A DNA stretch of 32,000 bases, from the NCBI RefSeq assembly GCF_000189295.2, contig NC_016803.1, forward strand, positions 1,290,001 through 1,322,000. Direction: 5' to 3'. The notes beneath the pieces are model-generated. The model did not search any database. It had not been told where the DNA came from and worked only from the letters and a program-made list of their open reading frames with translations. This document shows, piece by piece, positions 8,448-15,850 of this stretch. The stretch comes from Pseudodesulfovibrio mercurii. Its GTDB lineage: Bacteria; Desulfobacterota; Desulfovibrionia; Desulfovibrionales; Desulfovibrionaceae. The position numbers and the translations under genes are program-made. Every line of letters starts with the position of its first letter. Position 1 is the first letter of the stretch.

Positions 8448-8912
8448 TTACTTCAGGGCCCGATCGGCGTACTCGAAATAGCGCCCCGGCTTGATGCAGA
8501 ATTCGTGGTCGAAATAGGCCGAGGAGATCAGGAACTCGGCCGAGGAGCGGTTGCTGGCCGTGGGGATGTTGTAGAGCACGGCCAGGCGCAGCAGGGCCTT
8601 GACGTCCACGTCGTGGGGCTGCGGCTCCATGGGGTCCCAGAAGAAGATGAGCACGTCCACCTTGCCGTCGCTGATCATGGCCCCGAGCTGCTGGTCGCCG
8701 CCCAGGGGGCCTGACTTGAGGCGCTGGACGCGCTTGGGCTCCTGTCCCCGGGCAACGCCCTCGGCCAGCAGGGACTCCACCAGCCGCCCGGTGGTCCCGG
8801 TGGCGATGAGGTTGTGCGGGATCATGGCCTCGCGGTTGCAGGCGATGAAGTCGAGCAGTTCTTCCTTGCAGTTGTCGTGGGCGACCACCGCGATGTTCTT
8901 GATCCTGTCCAT
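8448..8912 (-). CDS. mgsA: Methylglyoxal synthase
   Basis: GGAGG lies 4 nt upstream of the ATG at 8912. Product motifs are MDRIKNIAVVAHDNCK, LIATGTTG, SGPLGGDQQLGA, DVLIFFWDP, HDVDVKALLRLA and NIPTA, matching conserved MgsA motifs. The start at 8975 is rejected. Confidence 0.9.
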   Translation of the reverse strand: MDRIKNIAVVAHDNCKEELLDFIACNREAMIPHNLIATGTTGRLVESLLAEGVARGQEPKRVQRLKSGPLGGDQQLGAMISDGKVDVLIFFWDPMEPQPHDVDVKALLRLAVLYNIPTASNRSSAEFLISSAYFDHEFCIKPGRYFEYADRALK

Positions 8913-9040
8913 GACGCCTCCGGGCGTGGTCTCGGGGCCGCGACGGGCCGTCGGCCCCCAGGGGTTTCCTACCACCTGCGGGGGGCCGCGACAAGCCGGG
9001 CCGGACCGTGCGACCCAGCTCCGAAATTCGCCTGCCCGCC

Positions 9041-9069
9041 TTGACGCAACGCGGGTCGATAGTTACCAT
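9041..9069 (+). promoter_or_regulatory. Candidate sigma70-type promoter for bfr (TTGACG-N17-TACCAT)
   Basis: TTGACG at 9041-9046, an exact 17-nt spacer, and TACCAT at 9064-9069. It lies about 110 nt upstream of the bfr ATG. Confidence 0.35.
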
Positions 9070-9079
9070 TCGCACTATC
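9058..9079. promoter_or_regulatory. Inverted repeat GATAGT-N10-ACTATC overlapping the putative bfr -10 box; candidate Fur/PerR-type operator
   Basis: Perfect 6-bp arms at 9058-9063 and 9074-9079. The sequence is AT-rich relative to its surroundings, resembles GATAAT-type Fur half-sites, and sits in front of an iron-storage gene. Confidence 0.3.
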
Positions 9080-9177
9080 AATGTATGCCTCAGGTATGAC
9101 CTATTGAGCAACCGCAACGACAAAGCCCGGTCGGACCGCGCAAGGCGGGCCGCCCCGGCGATCAAAGGAGAGAACCA

Positions 9178-9711
9178 ATGGCTACCAAGGAAGAACGGCG
9201 CGCGAAAGTCGTCGAGGTCCTGAACCAGGCCCGGTCCATGGAACTGCAGGCCATCCACCTGTACATGAACCAGCACTACAACCTGGACGACATGGACTAC
9301 GGCGAGCTGGCCTCCAACATGAAGCTCATCGCCATCGACGAGATGCGCCACGCCGAGCAGTTCGCCGAGCGGATCAAGGAGCTGGGCGGCGAGCCCACGG
9401 ACAAGAAGTCCAAGCCCGTGCAGCGCGGCCAGAAGATCGACGTCATCTACGACTACGACTCCAACGAGGAAGACGACACCATCGACGCCTACAACCAGTT
9501 CCTGCTGGTCTGCCGCGAAAACGGCGACTCCATCAGCGAGAAGCTGTTCGAGACGATCATCGACGAGGAGCAGGCCCACTTCAACTACTTCGACGCCATC
9601 AAGGGACACATCGCCAACCTGGGCGACACCTTCCTGTCCCGCATCGCCGGCACGCCCTCTTCCACCGGCCTGGCCGACCAGGGCTTCGTCATCAAGAACC
9701 AGAGCGCCTAA
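9178..9711 (+). CDS. bfr: Bacterioferritin
   Basis: AGGAGAG RBS. Product motifs are ..KVVEVLNQARSMELQAIHLYMNQHYNLDDMDYGELASNMKLIAIDEMRHAEQFAERIKELGGEP.. and ..IIDEEQAHFNYF... The ferroxidase ExxH motifs and the heme-ligand Met in DEMRH are present. It is strongly similar to my recollection of D. desulfuricans Bfr. Confidence 0.92.
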   Translation: MATKEERRAKVVEVLNQARSMELQAIHLYMNQHYNLDDMDYGELASNMKLIAIDEMRHAEQFAERIKELGGEPTDKKSKPVQRGQKIDVIYDYDSNEEDDTIDAYNQFLLVCRENGDSISEKLFETIIDEEQAHFNYFDAIKGHIANLGDTFLSRIAGTPSSTGLADQGFVIKNQSA

Positions 9712-9734
9712 CCGCACCCACGGTCCAAAACGAC

Positions 9735-9767
9735 AAGGGCCCGGCCAGTCTGACTGGCCGGGCCCTT
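9735..9767. terminator. Bidirectional terminator hairpin between bfr and the convergent aldehyde dehydrogenase gene
   Basis: A 14-bp stem AAGGGCCCGGCCAG/CTGGCCGGGCCCTT. A T-rich tract (GTCGTTTTGG) follows on the minus strand. On the plus strand the T-run is 9 nt away. Confidence 0.6.
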
Positions 9768-9789
9768 CCATATGATTTTTACGCGAGGG

Positions 9790-11154
9790 TCAGTCGCGGA
9801 TGACCGACTTGACGTTCACGAACTCGCGGATGCCGAAGGCGGAAAGCTCGCGGCCGAAGCCGGAGCGCTTGATGCCGCCGAAGGGCAGGAGCGGATCGCT
9901 GCGGACCTGGCCGTTGACCACCACCGCGCCCGCCTCGATGCGCCGGGCGAAGGCCAGTCCACGCTCGCCGTCCCCGGTCCAGACCGAGCCGCCCAGGCCG
10001 AAGGGGGTGTCGTTGGCCATGGCCACGGCCTGATCCTCGTCCGTGGCCCGGAAGACCAGGGCTACGGGGCCGAACAGCTCCTCGTGGCAGACGTCGGCGT
10101 CGAAGGGCGCGTCCACGATGATGCTCAGGGGGTAGAAGGCGCCGTCGCCCTCGGGCAGGACCCCGCCCTTGACGACCTTGCCGCCCGCCGCCTTGCAGCG
10201 CTCCACCTGGTCGTGCAGGTCGGCGCGCAGGCCGGTGGAGGACATGGGCCCGACCACGGTGTCCTCGGCCATGGGATCGCCCATCGTGAGCTTGTCCATC
10301 TCCCGGCTCAAGGCCTCGACAAAGGCGTCGAAGACCTCGTCCATGACGATGAAGCGTTTGGCCGCGATGCAGGTCTGGCCCGCATTGCCGCAGCGGGAGA
10401 TGGCCCCGACCCTGGCGGCCTTGTCGAGGTCGGCGTCGGCCAGGACCACGAACGGGTCGCTGCCGCCCAGCTCCATGACGCATTTCTTGAGGCGCGCCCC
10501 GGCGGCCGAGGCGACCTTGCTCCCGGCGCCCTCGCTGCCGGTCAGGCTGACGCCGATGACCGAGTCGTGGTCCAGGACGGCCTCCACCTGGCGCGCCCCG
10601 ATGAGCAGGGTGCGGAAGACGTTGTCCGGGAAGGCGGACTCGCGGAAGGCGGACTCGATGGCCAGGGCGCACTGGGGCACGTTGGAGGCGTGCTTCAGGA
10701 CCACGGTGTTGCCGGCCATGAGCGTGGGCGCGGCCACGCGCAGGACCTGCCAGAAGGGGAAATTCCAGGGCATGACCGCCAGGACCGTGCCCATGGGGGC
10801 GAAGTCCACATAGGCCTCCTGTCCGCTGCCGGACACGGGCATGGAGGCGAGCATGGCCTGCCCGTTCCGCGCATAGTAGTCGCACACGGCCGCGCACTTG
10901 AGGACCTCGGCCCGGCCGAAGGTCACGGGCTTGCCCATCTCCTCGGCCATGAGGGCGGCGAACTCGTCGGCCCTGGCCCGGAGCACCTGGGCCAGGCTGA
11001 GCAGGCACTCGGCGCGGTAGGCGAAATCGGTGGTCTTCCAGGTTGCGTAGCCCCCGGCGACCTCGCGCACGGCTGCGGCGGTCTGTTCGGGGGTGAACTC
11101 GTCAAATTGCCTCGTGACCTTGCCGGTCAACGGATTGGTGCTCTGCAGGGGCAT
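9790..11154 (-). CDS. NAD(P)+-dependent succinate-semialdehyde dehydrogenase / aldehyde dehydrogenase family protein
   Basis: GGAG lies 6 nt upstream of the ATG at 11154. ALDH motifs are FPFWQV, VVLKHASNVP, VMELGGSDP (catalytic Glu), NAGQTCIAAKRF (catalytic Cys), EELFGPV and PFGGIKRSGFGRE. Length and N-terminus resemble Sad/YneI-type SSADH. The start at 11226 is rejected. Confidence 0.85.
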   Translation of the reverse strand: MPLQSTNPLTGKVTRQFDEFTPEQTAAAVREVAGGYATWKTTDFAYRAECLLSLAQVLRARADEFAALMAEEMGKPVTFGRAEVLKCAAVCDYYARNGQAMLASMPVSGSGQEAYVDFAPMGTVLAVMPWNFPFWQVLRVAAPTLMAGNTVVLKHASNVPQCALAIESAFRESAFPDNVFRTLLIGARQVEAVLDHDSVIGVSLTGSEGAGSKVASAAGARLKKCVMELGGSDPFVVLADADLDKAARVGAISRCGNAGQTCIAAKRFIVMDEVFDAFVEALSREMDKLTMGDPMAEDTVVGPMSSTGLRADLHDQVERCKAAGGKVVKGGVLPEGDGAFYPLSIIVDAPFDADVCHEELFGPVALVFRATDEDQAVAMANDTPFGLGGSVWTGDGERGLAFARRIEAGAVVVNGQVRSDPLLPFGGIKRSGFGRELSAFGIREFVNVKSVIRD

Positions 11155-11188
11155 GTCGCTACTCCGAATACATACGTTTGAAACACCC

Positions 11189-11204
11189 CGGCACGGAGGG
11201 TGCG
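11189..11204 (+). promoter_or_regulatory. Candidate sigma54 promoter CGGCACG-N4-GTGCG facing the acyltransferase/galE genes
   Basis: The sequence is cGGCACGgaggGTGCg, with correct GG-N10-GC spacing relative to TGGCACG-N4-TTGCW. A chance match is plausible in GC-rich DNA. Confidence 0.2.
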
Positions 11205-11229
11205 GGGTGCGATAACCGGTTTCCAATGG

Positions 11230-11245
11230 TGCGGAATTGGTGCCG
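11230..11245 (-). promoter_or_regulatory. Candidate sigma54 promoter (minus-strand CGGCACC-N4-CCGCA) upstream of the aldehyde dehydrogenase gene
   Basis: The reverse complement of 11230-11245 is CGGCACCAATTCCGCA, with correct GG-N10-GC spacing. It lies about 77 nt upstream of the ATG at 11154. Confidence 0.2.
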
Positions 11246-11488
11246 GGCCGAGTGGCGGGTCCGGCCCAAGCTCCGGGCTTATGCCAGATCGGACGGGTTG
11301 TCCAGCATCAAGTCCAGCCGGACATGATGCGGTGCGCGACATCCCGGTGACGGATGCGCTCCGGGCACCATTAGGACTGGACAAAAGCGGCGGATTCGTT
11401 GAACCTGTACGCGCTCAAAGGGAATGGGCCCACCGAGGAGAACCGCACGACAACCCCAACCCCGCCACAGGGAGTCCGCCCATCGATC

Positions 11489-12373
11489 ATGGCCGCCATG
11501 AAACCAACCGAATCACCCGCCGGCAGCGTCGTCGTCGAGGACCTGGCCTCGGCCGTCAACTCGGTGCTGCGCATCACGGCCACCCTGATCATCTACCTCT
11601 TCCACTGCCACGGCCTCTACGGCCGGGGCGACAGCCGTCCGCTCTTCTACGCCTTCGCCTTCTTCCTATTCCTGTCCGGCTATTACGCCATGGTCCGGCG
11701 CGAGAACGCCGTGCGCTGGATCAGGCGGCGCCTGCGGCGCATCTATATCCCGTACTGGCTGGTCATCACCGTGGTGGTGCTCAGCAACTGGGCCGTCCAG
11801 TACAAGCCCGTCGGGGTCAAGGAGCTGTTTTTCCTGCTCATCGGGGGGAATCTCTTCATCGAGGACAAGCTCTACGTCATCGCCTGGTTCATCTCGGTGA
11901 TCATCTTTCTCTACTGCTGCGTCTTCCTGATGGCCTATTTCAGGAGCATGGCCCTGCGCTTCCTCCTGGCCGTGGCCCTGGTCTACATCATGTCCCACTA
12001 CCGCATCCCGGTCTATTTTTACGTGGCCTTCACCATCGGCTGGTCCCTGCACTATCTCCTGCTCCGGAGCGGACTGAGCCGGGCCGTCCTGCCCCTGTCG
12101 CCGGGCGCGGCGCGCACCCTGCAACGCGTCTACGGGCCGCTGCTGACGGTCCAGAACTTTTCCTACGAGTTCTTCCTGGTCCACGGCGGGGTCCTGCTGC
12201 TGTTCAACAAGCTCCTCAAGGCCTCCTACGGCGAGGCCCTGTATGCCGGAATCGCCGTGACGATGATCAACGCCATGATCCTGAAGGAACTCACCCGGCG
12301 GATCGAGCTGTTCATCGACGGACGCCGCGCGGCGGCCGGAACGGGCGGCGACGCGAAACGGTCCCCCAATTGA
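11489..12373 (+). CDS. Membrane acyltransferase-3 family protein (putative polysaccharide O-acyltransferase); start uncertain (11399 TTG, 11489 ATG or 11498 ATG)
   Basis: Polytopic and hydrophobic. It has an AT3-like N-terminal R..H signature (SVLRITATLIIYLFHCHG), then FFLFLSGYY, and C-terminal FSYEFFLVHGGVLLL. No convincing RBS precedes any candidate start. Confidence 0.65.
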   Translation: MAAMKPTESPAGSVVVEDLASAVNSVLRITATLIIYLFHCHGLYGRGDSRPLFYAFAFFLFLSGYYAMVRRENAVRWIRRRLRRIYIPYWLVITVVVLSNWAVQYKPVGVKELFFLLIGGNLFIEDKLYVIAWFISVIIFLYCCVFLMAYFRSMALRFLLAVALVYIMSHYRIPVYFYVAFTIGWSLHYLLLRSGLSRAVLPLSPGAARTLQRVYGPLLTVQNFSYEFFLVHGGVLLLFNKLLKASYGEALYAGIAVTMINAMILKELTRRIELFIDGRRAAAGTGGDAKRSPN

Positions 12374-12427
12374 TGCCGATTTCTTGAACCGCCCCGCGCA
12401 ACGGGGCACGGAACAAAGGATTTCGCC

Positions 12428-13453
12428 ATGAAAATCAAAAAGGTATTGGTCTCCGGAGGTGCCGGGTACATCGGCACCCACACCTGCATCGAGCTCATCG
12501 CCGCAGGCTTCGAGGTGGTCTGCGCGGACAACTTCTGCAACAGCTCGCCCGTGGCCATGGAGCGGGTGGAGCAAATCACCGGCACGGCCATCCCGGTGCA
12601 TCGCATGGACTTCTGCAGGCTGGACGAGGTCGAGGCCCTGTTCCGCGAGGAGGCCATCGACGCGGCCATCCACTTCGCCGGGCACAAGGCTGTGGGCGAG
12701 TCCGTGGCCAAGCCGCTCAAGTACTACGAGAACAACCTGCTCAGCCTGATCAACCTGTGCAAGGTCATGGGCAAGGGCAAGGCCAGGAACGTGGTCTTCA
12801 GCTCCTCGGCCACGGTCTACGGCCTGTCCGACAAACTGCCCCTGACCGAGGAGACGCCGACCAGCGCCTACAACCCCTACGGCCGGACCAAGCTGTACAT
12901 CGAGGAGATCCTCAAGGACCTCCACGCGGCCGAGCCAGGCTGGAACGTGTCCATCCTGCGCTACTTCAACCCAGTGGGCGCGCACCCGTCGGGGCTCATC
13001 GGCGAGGACCCCTCGGACATCCCCAACAACCTCATGCCGTACATCTCCCAGGTGGCCGTGGGACGGCTCGAAAAGCTGCGCATCTTCGGCAACGACTACG
13101 ACACCCCGGACGGCACGGGCGTGCGCGACTTCATCCACGTGGTGGACCTGGCGCGCGGGCACGTGGCCGCCCTGCGCAAGCTTGAGGAGGAGCCCGGCTA
13201 CATGGTCCACAACCTGGGCACGGGCAAGGGGTGCAGCGTGCTCGAACTGGTCCACGCCTTCGAGCGGGTCAACGGGGTGCCCATCCCCTACGAGATCGTC
13301 GGCCGCCGCCCCGGCGACGTGGCCGCCAACTACGCCGCCACGGACAAGGCCCGGCGCGAGCTGGGCTGGGAGGCCACCCACACCATCGAGGACATGGTCC
13401 GCGACACCTGGCACTGGCAGTCCGAAAACCCCAAGGGATACGCGGAAGACTAG
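12428..13453 (+). CDS. galE: UDP-glucose 4-epimerase
   Basis: Motifs are VLVSGGAGYIGTH (Rossmann GxxGxxG), SSSATVYG, YGRTK (YxxxK), LRYFNPVGAHPSG, NNLMPYI, DGTGVRDFIHVVDLA and GWEA. 341 aa, colinear with GalE. Confidence 0.92.
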   Translation: MKIKKVLVSGGAGYIGTHTCIELIAAGFEVVCADNFCNSSPVAMERVEQITGTAIPVHRMDFCRLDEVEALFREEAIDAAIHFAGHKAVGESVAKPLKYYENNLLSLINLCKVMGKGKARNVVFSSSATVYGLSDKLPLTEETPTSAYNPYGRTKLYIEEILKDLHAAEPGWNVSILRYFNPVGAHPSGLIGEDPSDIPNNLMPYISQVAVGRLEKLRIFGNDYDTPDGTGVRDFIHVVDLARGHVAALRKLEEEPGYMVHNLGTGKGCSVLELVHAFERVNGVPIPYEIVGRRPGDVAANYAATDKARRELGWEATHTIEDMVRDTWHWQSENPKGYAED

Positions 13454-13486
13454 GCCCGCGAACCGACAGCGAATACGAGGCGCACC

Positions 13487-14641
13487 ATGACCGTCCTGGC
13501 CGTCCTGTCCCTGCTGCTCCTGGCGTACACCATCGCCGGGTACCCGCTGCTCCAGACGGCCGTGGCCCGGTTCAGGCCCCGGCCCGTGGACGCGGCCGAC
13601 CCGACCGACACGGACGCTCCGGTGTCGGTCGTCATCTGCGCCCGCGACGAGGGACCGCGCATCCAGACGCGCATCGCCAACCTCCTGGCCATGGACTACC
13701 CGGCCGAACGGTTGGAGGTCATCGTGGTCTCGGACGGGTCCGTGGACGGCACGGACGAGGCGGTCCTCGGCTACGGCGACCCGCGCGTCCGGCTGATCCG
13801 CCAGGACCGGCCCATGGGCAAGGCCGCCGCCCTCAACGCGGGCGTGGCCGCCGCCTCCCACGACCTGCTGCTCATGGGCGACGCCCGCCAGACCTTCGCC
13901 CCGGACGTGGCCCGCCTGCTCCTGTCCCATTTTCACGATCCAACGGTGGGCGCGGTCTCGGGCCGCCTGGAAATCCGCCCCGAGCACGGCTCGGGCGCGG
14001 CCTCGGGCGTGGGCGCGTCCTACTGGAGTCTCGAAGTCCGGCTGCGCGCCGCCGAATCCGCCGGGGGCTCTGTCATCGGCGTGACCGGGGCCATATACGC
14101 CCTGCGCAAGGTCTGCTTCGCCCCCCTGCCCGAGGGCACGGTCCTGGACGACGTGCTCATCCCCATGCGCGCGGCCCTCAAGGGGTACCGCGTCCTCTAC
14201 GACACGCGCGCCGTGGCCGTGGACGCCAAGCCGGTCTCGGACGCGGGCGAGAGCGCCCGCAAGGTGCGTACCCTGTACGGCAACCTGCAACTCCTGCGCC
14301 TGGCCCCGGAACTCTTCCTGCCGTGGAAGAATCCGCTCTGGTTCCGGTTCGTCTCGCACAAGATCCTGCGCCTGTTCCTGCCGCTCTTCTTCGGCGGGGC
14401 GCTGATCTTCAGCCTCGCGGCCGGTGGGTGGCTGAGCTGGTTCGGGGTGCTCCAGGCCGTGGGCTGGCTGGCTGCCTGGTACGCCTGGAAGACGAAGAAC
14501 AATTCGCGGCCGGGCCGGGTGCTGTCCGCCCTGCTGCTCCTCAACCTGGCCGTGATCCGGGCCTGGGTCCGCTTCCTGCGCAACGACGATCAGGTCTGGA
14601 GCGCGGCGTCGTCCAACCATCCCGGCGACCGGGAAGGCTGA
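13487..14641 (+). CDS. Membrane-anchored family-2 glycosyltransferase (synthase-like topology)
   Basis: An N-terminal TM segment, then VSVVICARDEG, EVIVVSDGSVDGT, LLLMGDARQ, VTGAIYALRK, a degenerate QxxRW position (ARKVRTLYG), and three C-terminal TM segments. Confidence 0.85.
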   Translation: MTVLAVLSLLLLAYTIAGYPLLQTAVARFRPRPVDAADPTDTDAPVSVVICARDEGPRIQTRIANLLAMDYPAERLEVIVVSDGSVDGTDEAVLGYGDPRVRLIRQDRPMGKAAALNAGVAAASHDLLLMGDARQTFAPDVARLLLSHFHDPTVGAVSGRLEIRPEHGSGAASGVGASYWSLEVRLRAAESAGGSVIGVTGAIYALRKVCFAPLPEGTVLDDVLIPMRAALKGYRVLYDTRAVAVDAKPVSDAGESARKVRTLYGNLQLLRLAPELFLPWKNPLWFRFVSHKILRLFLPLFFGGALIFSLAAGGWLSWFGVLQAVGWLAAWYAWKTKNNSRPGRVLSALLLLNLAVIRAWVRFLRNDDQVWSAASSNHPGDREG

Positions 14642-14679
14642 CCGACCGTTACCCCGCCACGGCCCGATGCCCGGCGCCG

Positions 14680-15792
14680 CTACTTGGCGGCCAGAATGTC
14701 CAGGTACAGGGTTTCGTAGGTATCGACCATCTTTTGCAGCGAGTACTCCGCCAGGGCGTGGTCGCGCCCCCTTTCCCCCATGGTCCGCCGAAGATCGGCC
14801 GAACCGGCCAGGCGGCTGAGGGCCTCGGCCAGGGCCCCGCTGTCCGCCGGGGGGACCAGCAGGGCCGTGTCGTCGTCCACCAGGACCTCGGGCACGCCGC
14901 CCACCGTGGTGGCGACAATGGGCAGCTTCGCCAGCATGGCCTCGATCATGCCCAGGGGCAGCCCCTCCCACAGGGACGGGAGCACGTAGACGTCGAAGGC
15001 CGGGAGGATTCGCGAGACGTCGCTGCGGTAGCCGGGGAACAGGAACACGTCGTCCACCCCCAGGGCCCGGGCCCGGGCCGTGAGGTCGTCCCGCAGCGGC
15101 CCCTCGCCGATGACCAGGAAGCGCGCCTCCGGGAACCGTTCCTTGACGGCCGGGGCGGCGGCCACCAGGTATTGCAGCCCCTTCTGCTCGTTGAGGCGCA
15201 GGGCGGTCCCGATGACCAGTTTGCCCTCCAGCCCGAACTCCCGCTTCAGGGACTCCCGGTCCTCCGGGTGGTCGAACAGGCCGACGTCGATGCCGTTGTG
15301 GATGACCAGGGACTGCTCGGCGGGCAGGCCGACCCGGTCGGCCCAATAGCGCTGCAGGTGGTAGCTGACCATGACCATGGCGTCGTTGAACCGGGCCAAC
15401 ATCCGGCCGATCCGCCGATGCTTCGCCCCCATGGACAGGATGCTGGAGTGCTCGGTATAGACCCTGGCCACCCGGCGTTTCCCCAGGCAGCCGAGGGTGG
15501 CGTAGAAGAACGGCTTGTAGTCGTGGCTGTGCACGACGTCGATGCCGTGCCCGTCGACCACCTTGCGGATGGCCAGGGGCAGCCCCGGATGGAACCCCTC
15601 GCCGTAACCGAGGTCCAGGACGGTGGCCCCGGACGCCTCCAGCTTGTCCCGGATGACGTCGGGCGTGCTCAGGCACAGGATGAAGTATTCGAACCGCTCC
15701 CTGTCGCCCTTCCTGACCAGGTCCAGCATGACGTTTTCGAGCCCGCCGAACCCGTTGCCGATGATGACGTGCATGACGCGGAGTTTCTTCAT
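14680..15792 (-). CDS. Family-4 (GT1-fold) glycosyltransferase
   Basis: MKKLRVMHVIIGNGFGGLE, then the C-terminal EX7E-type region (LPSLWEGLPLGMIEAMLAKLPIVATTVGGVPEVLVDDDTALLV). The ATG at 15792 is preferred over 15864. Confidence 0.85.
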   Translation of the reverse strand: MKKLRVMHVIIGNGFGGLENVMLDLVRKGDRERFEYFILCLSTPDVIRDKLEASGATVLDLGYGEGFHPGLPLAIRKVVDGHGIDVVHSHDYKPFFYATLGCLGKRRVARVYTEHSSILSMGAKHRRIGRMLARFNDAMVMVSYHLQRYWADRVGLPAEQSLVIHNGIDVGLFDHPEDRESLKREFGLEGKLVIGTALRLNEQKGLQYLVAAAPAVKERFPEARFLVIGEGPLRDDLTARARALGVDDVFLFPGYRSDVSRILPAFDVYVLPSLWEGLPLGMIEAMLAKLPIVATTVGGVPEVLVDDDTALLVPPADSGALAEALSRLAGSADLRRTMGERGRDHALAEYSLQKMVDTYETLYLDILAAK

Positions 15793-15850
15793 GGCCGCTT
15801 CAGTTCTCCCTGCCCGTTTGTCTTCCCGCATGCGACCCCTGGCACGAGGC

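Noticed and set aside
14642-14679. The 38-nt gap between the convergent GT2 (+) and GT4 (-) stops, examined for a bidirectional terminator.
   Set aside because: Only a short CGGCGCCG palindrome is present, with no stable stem-loop or T-tract. Termination here cannot be supported from sequence.
11666-15676. A 1336-aa minus-strand ORF spanning the acyltransferase, galE and GT2 genes, and similar giants at 13231-15930 (+), 15623-17908 (+), 1075-2925 (+), 3484-4911 (-) and 5929-7425 (-).
   Set aside because: Their translations are Arg/Gly/Pro/His/Asp-rich low-complexity strings typical of off-frame or antisense reading of high-GC coding DNA. Each lies entirely over genes with clear family motifs and proper RBSs.
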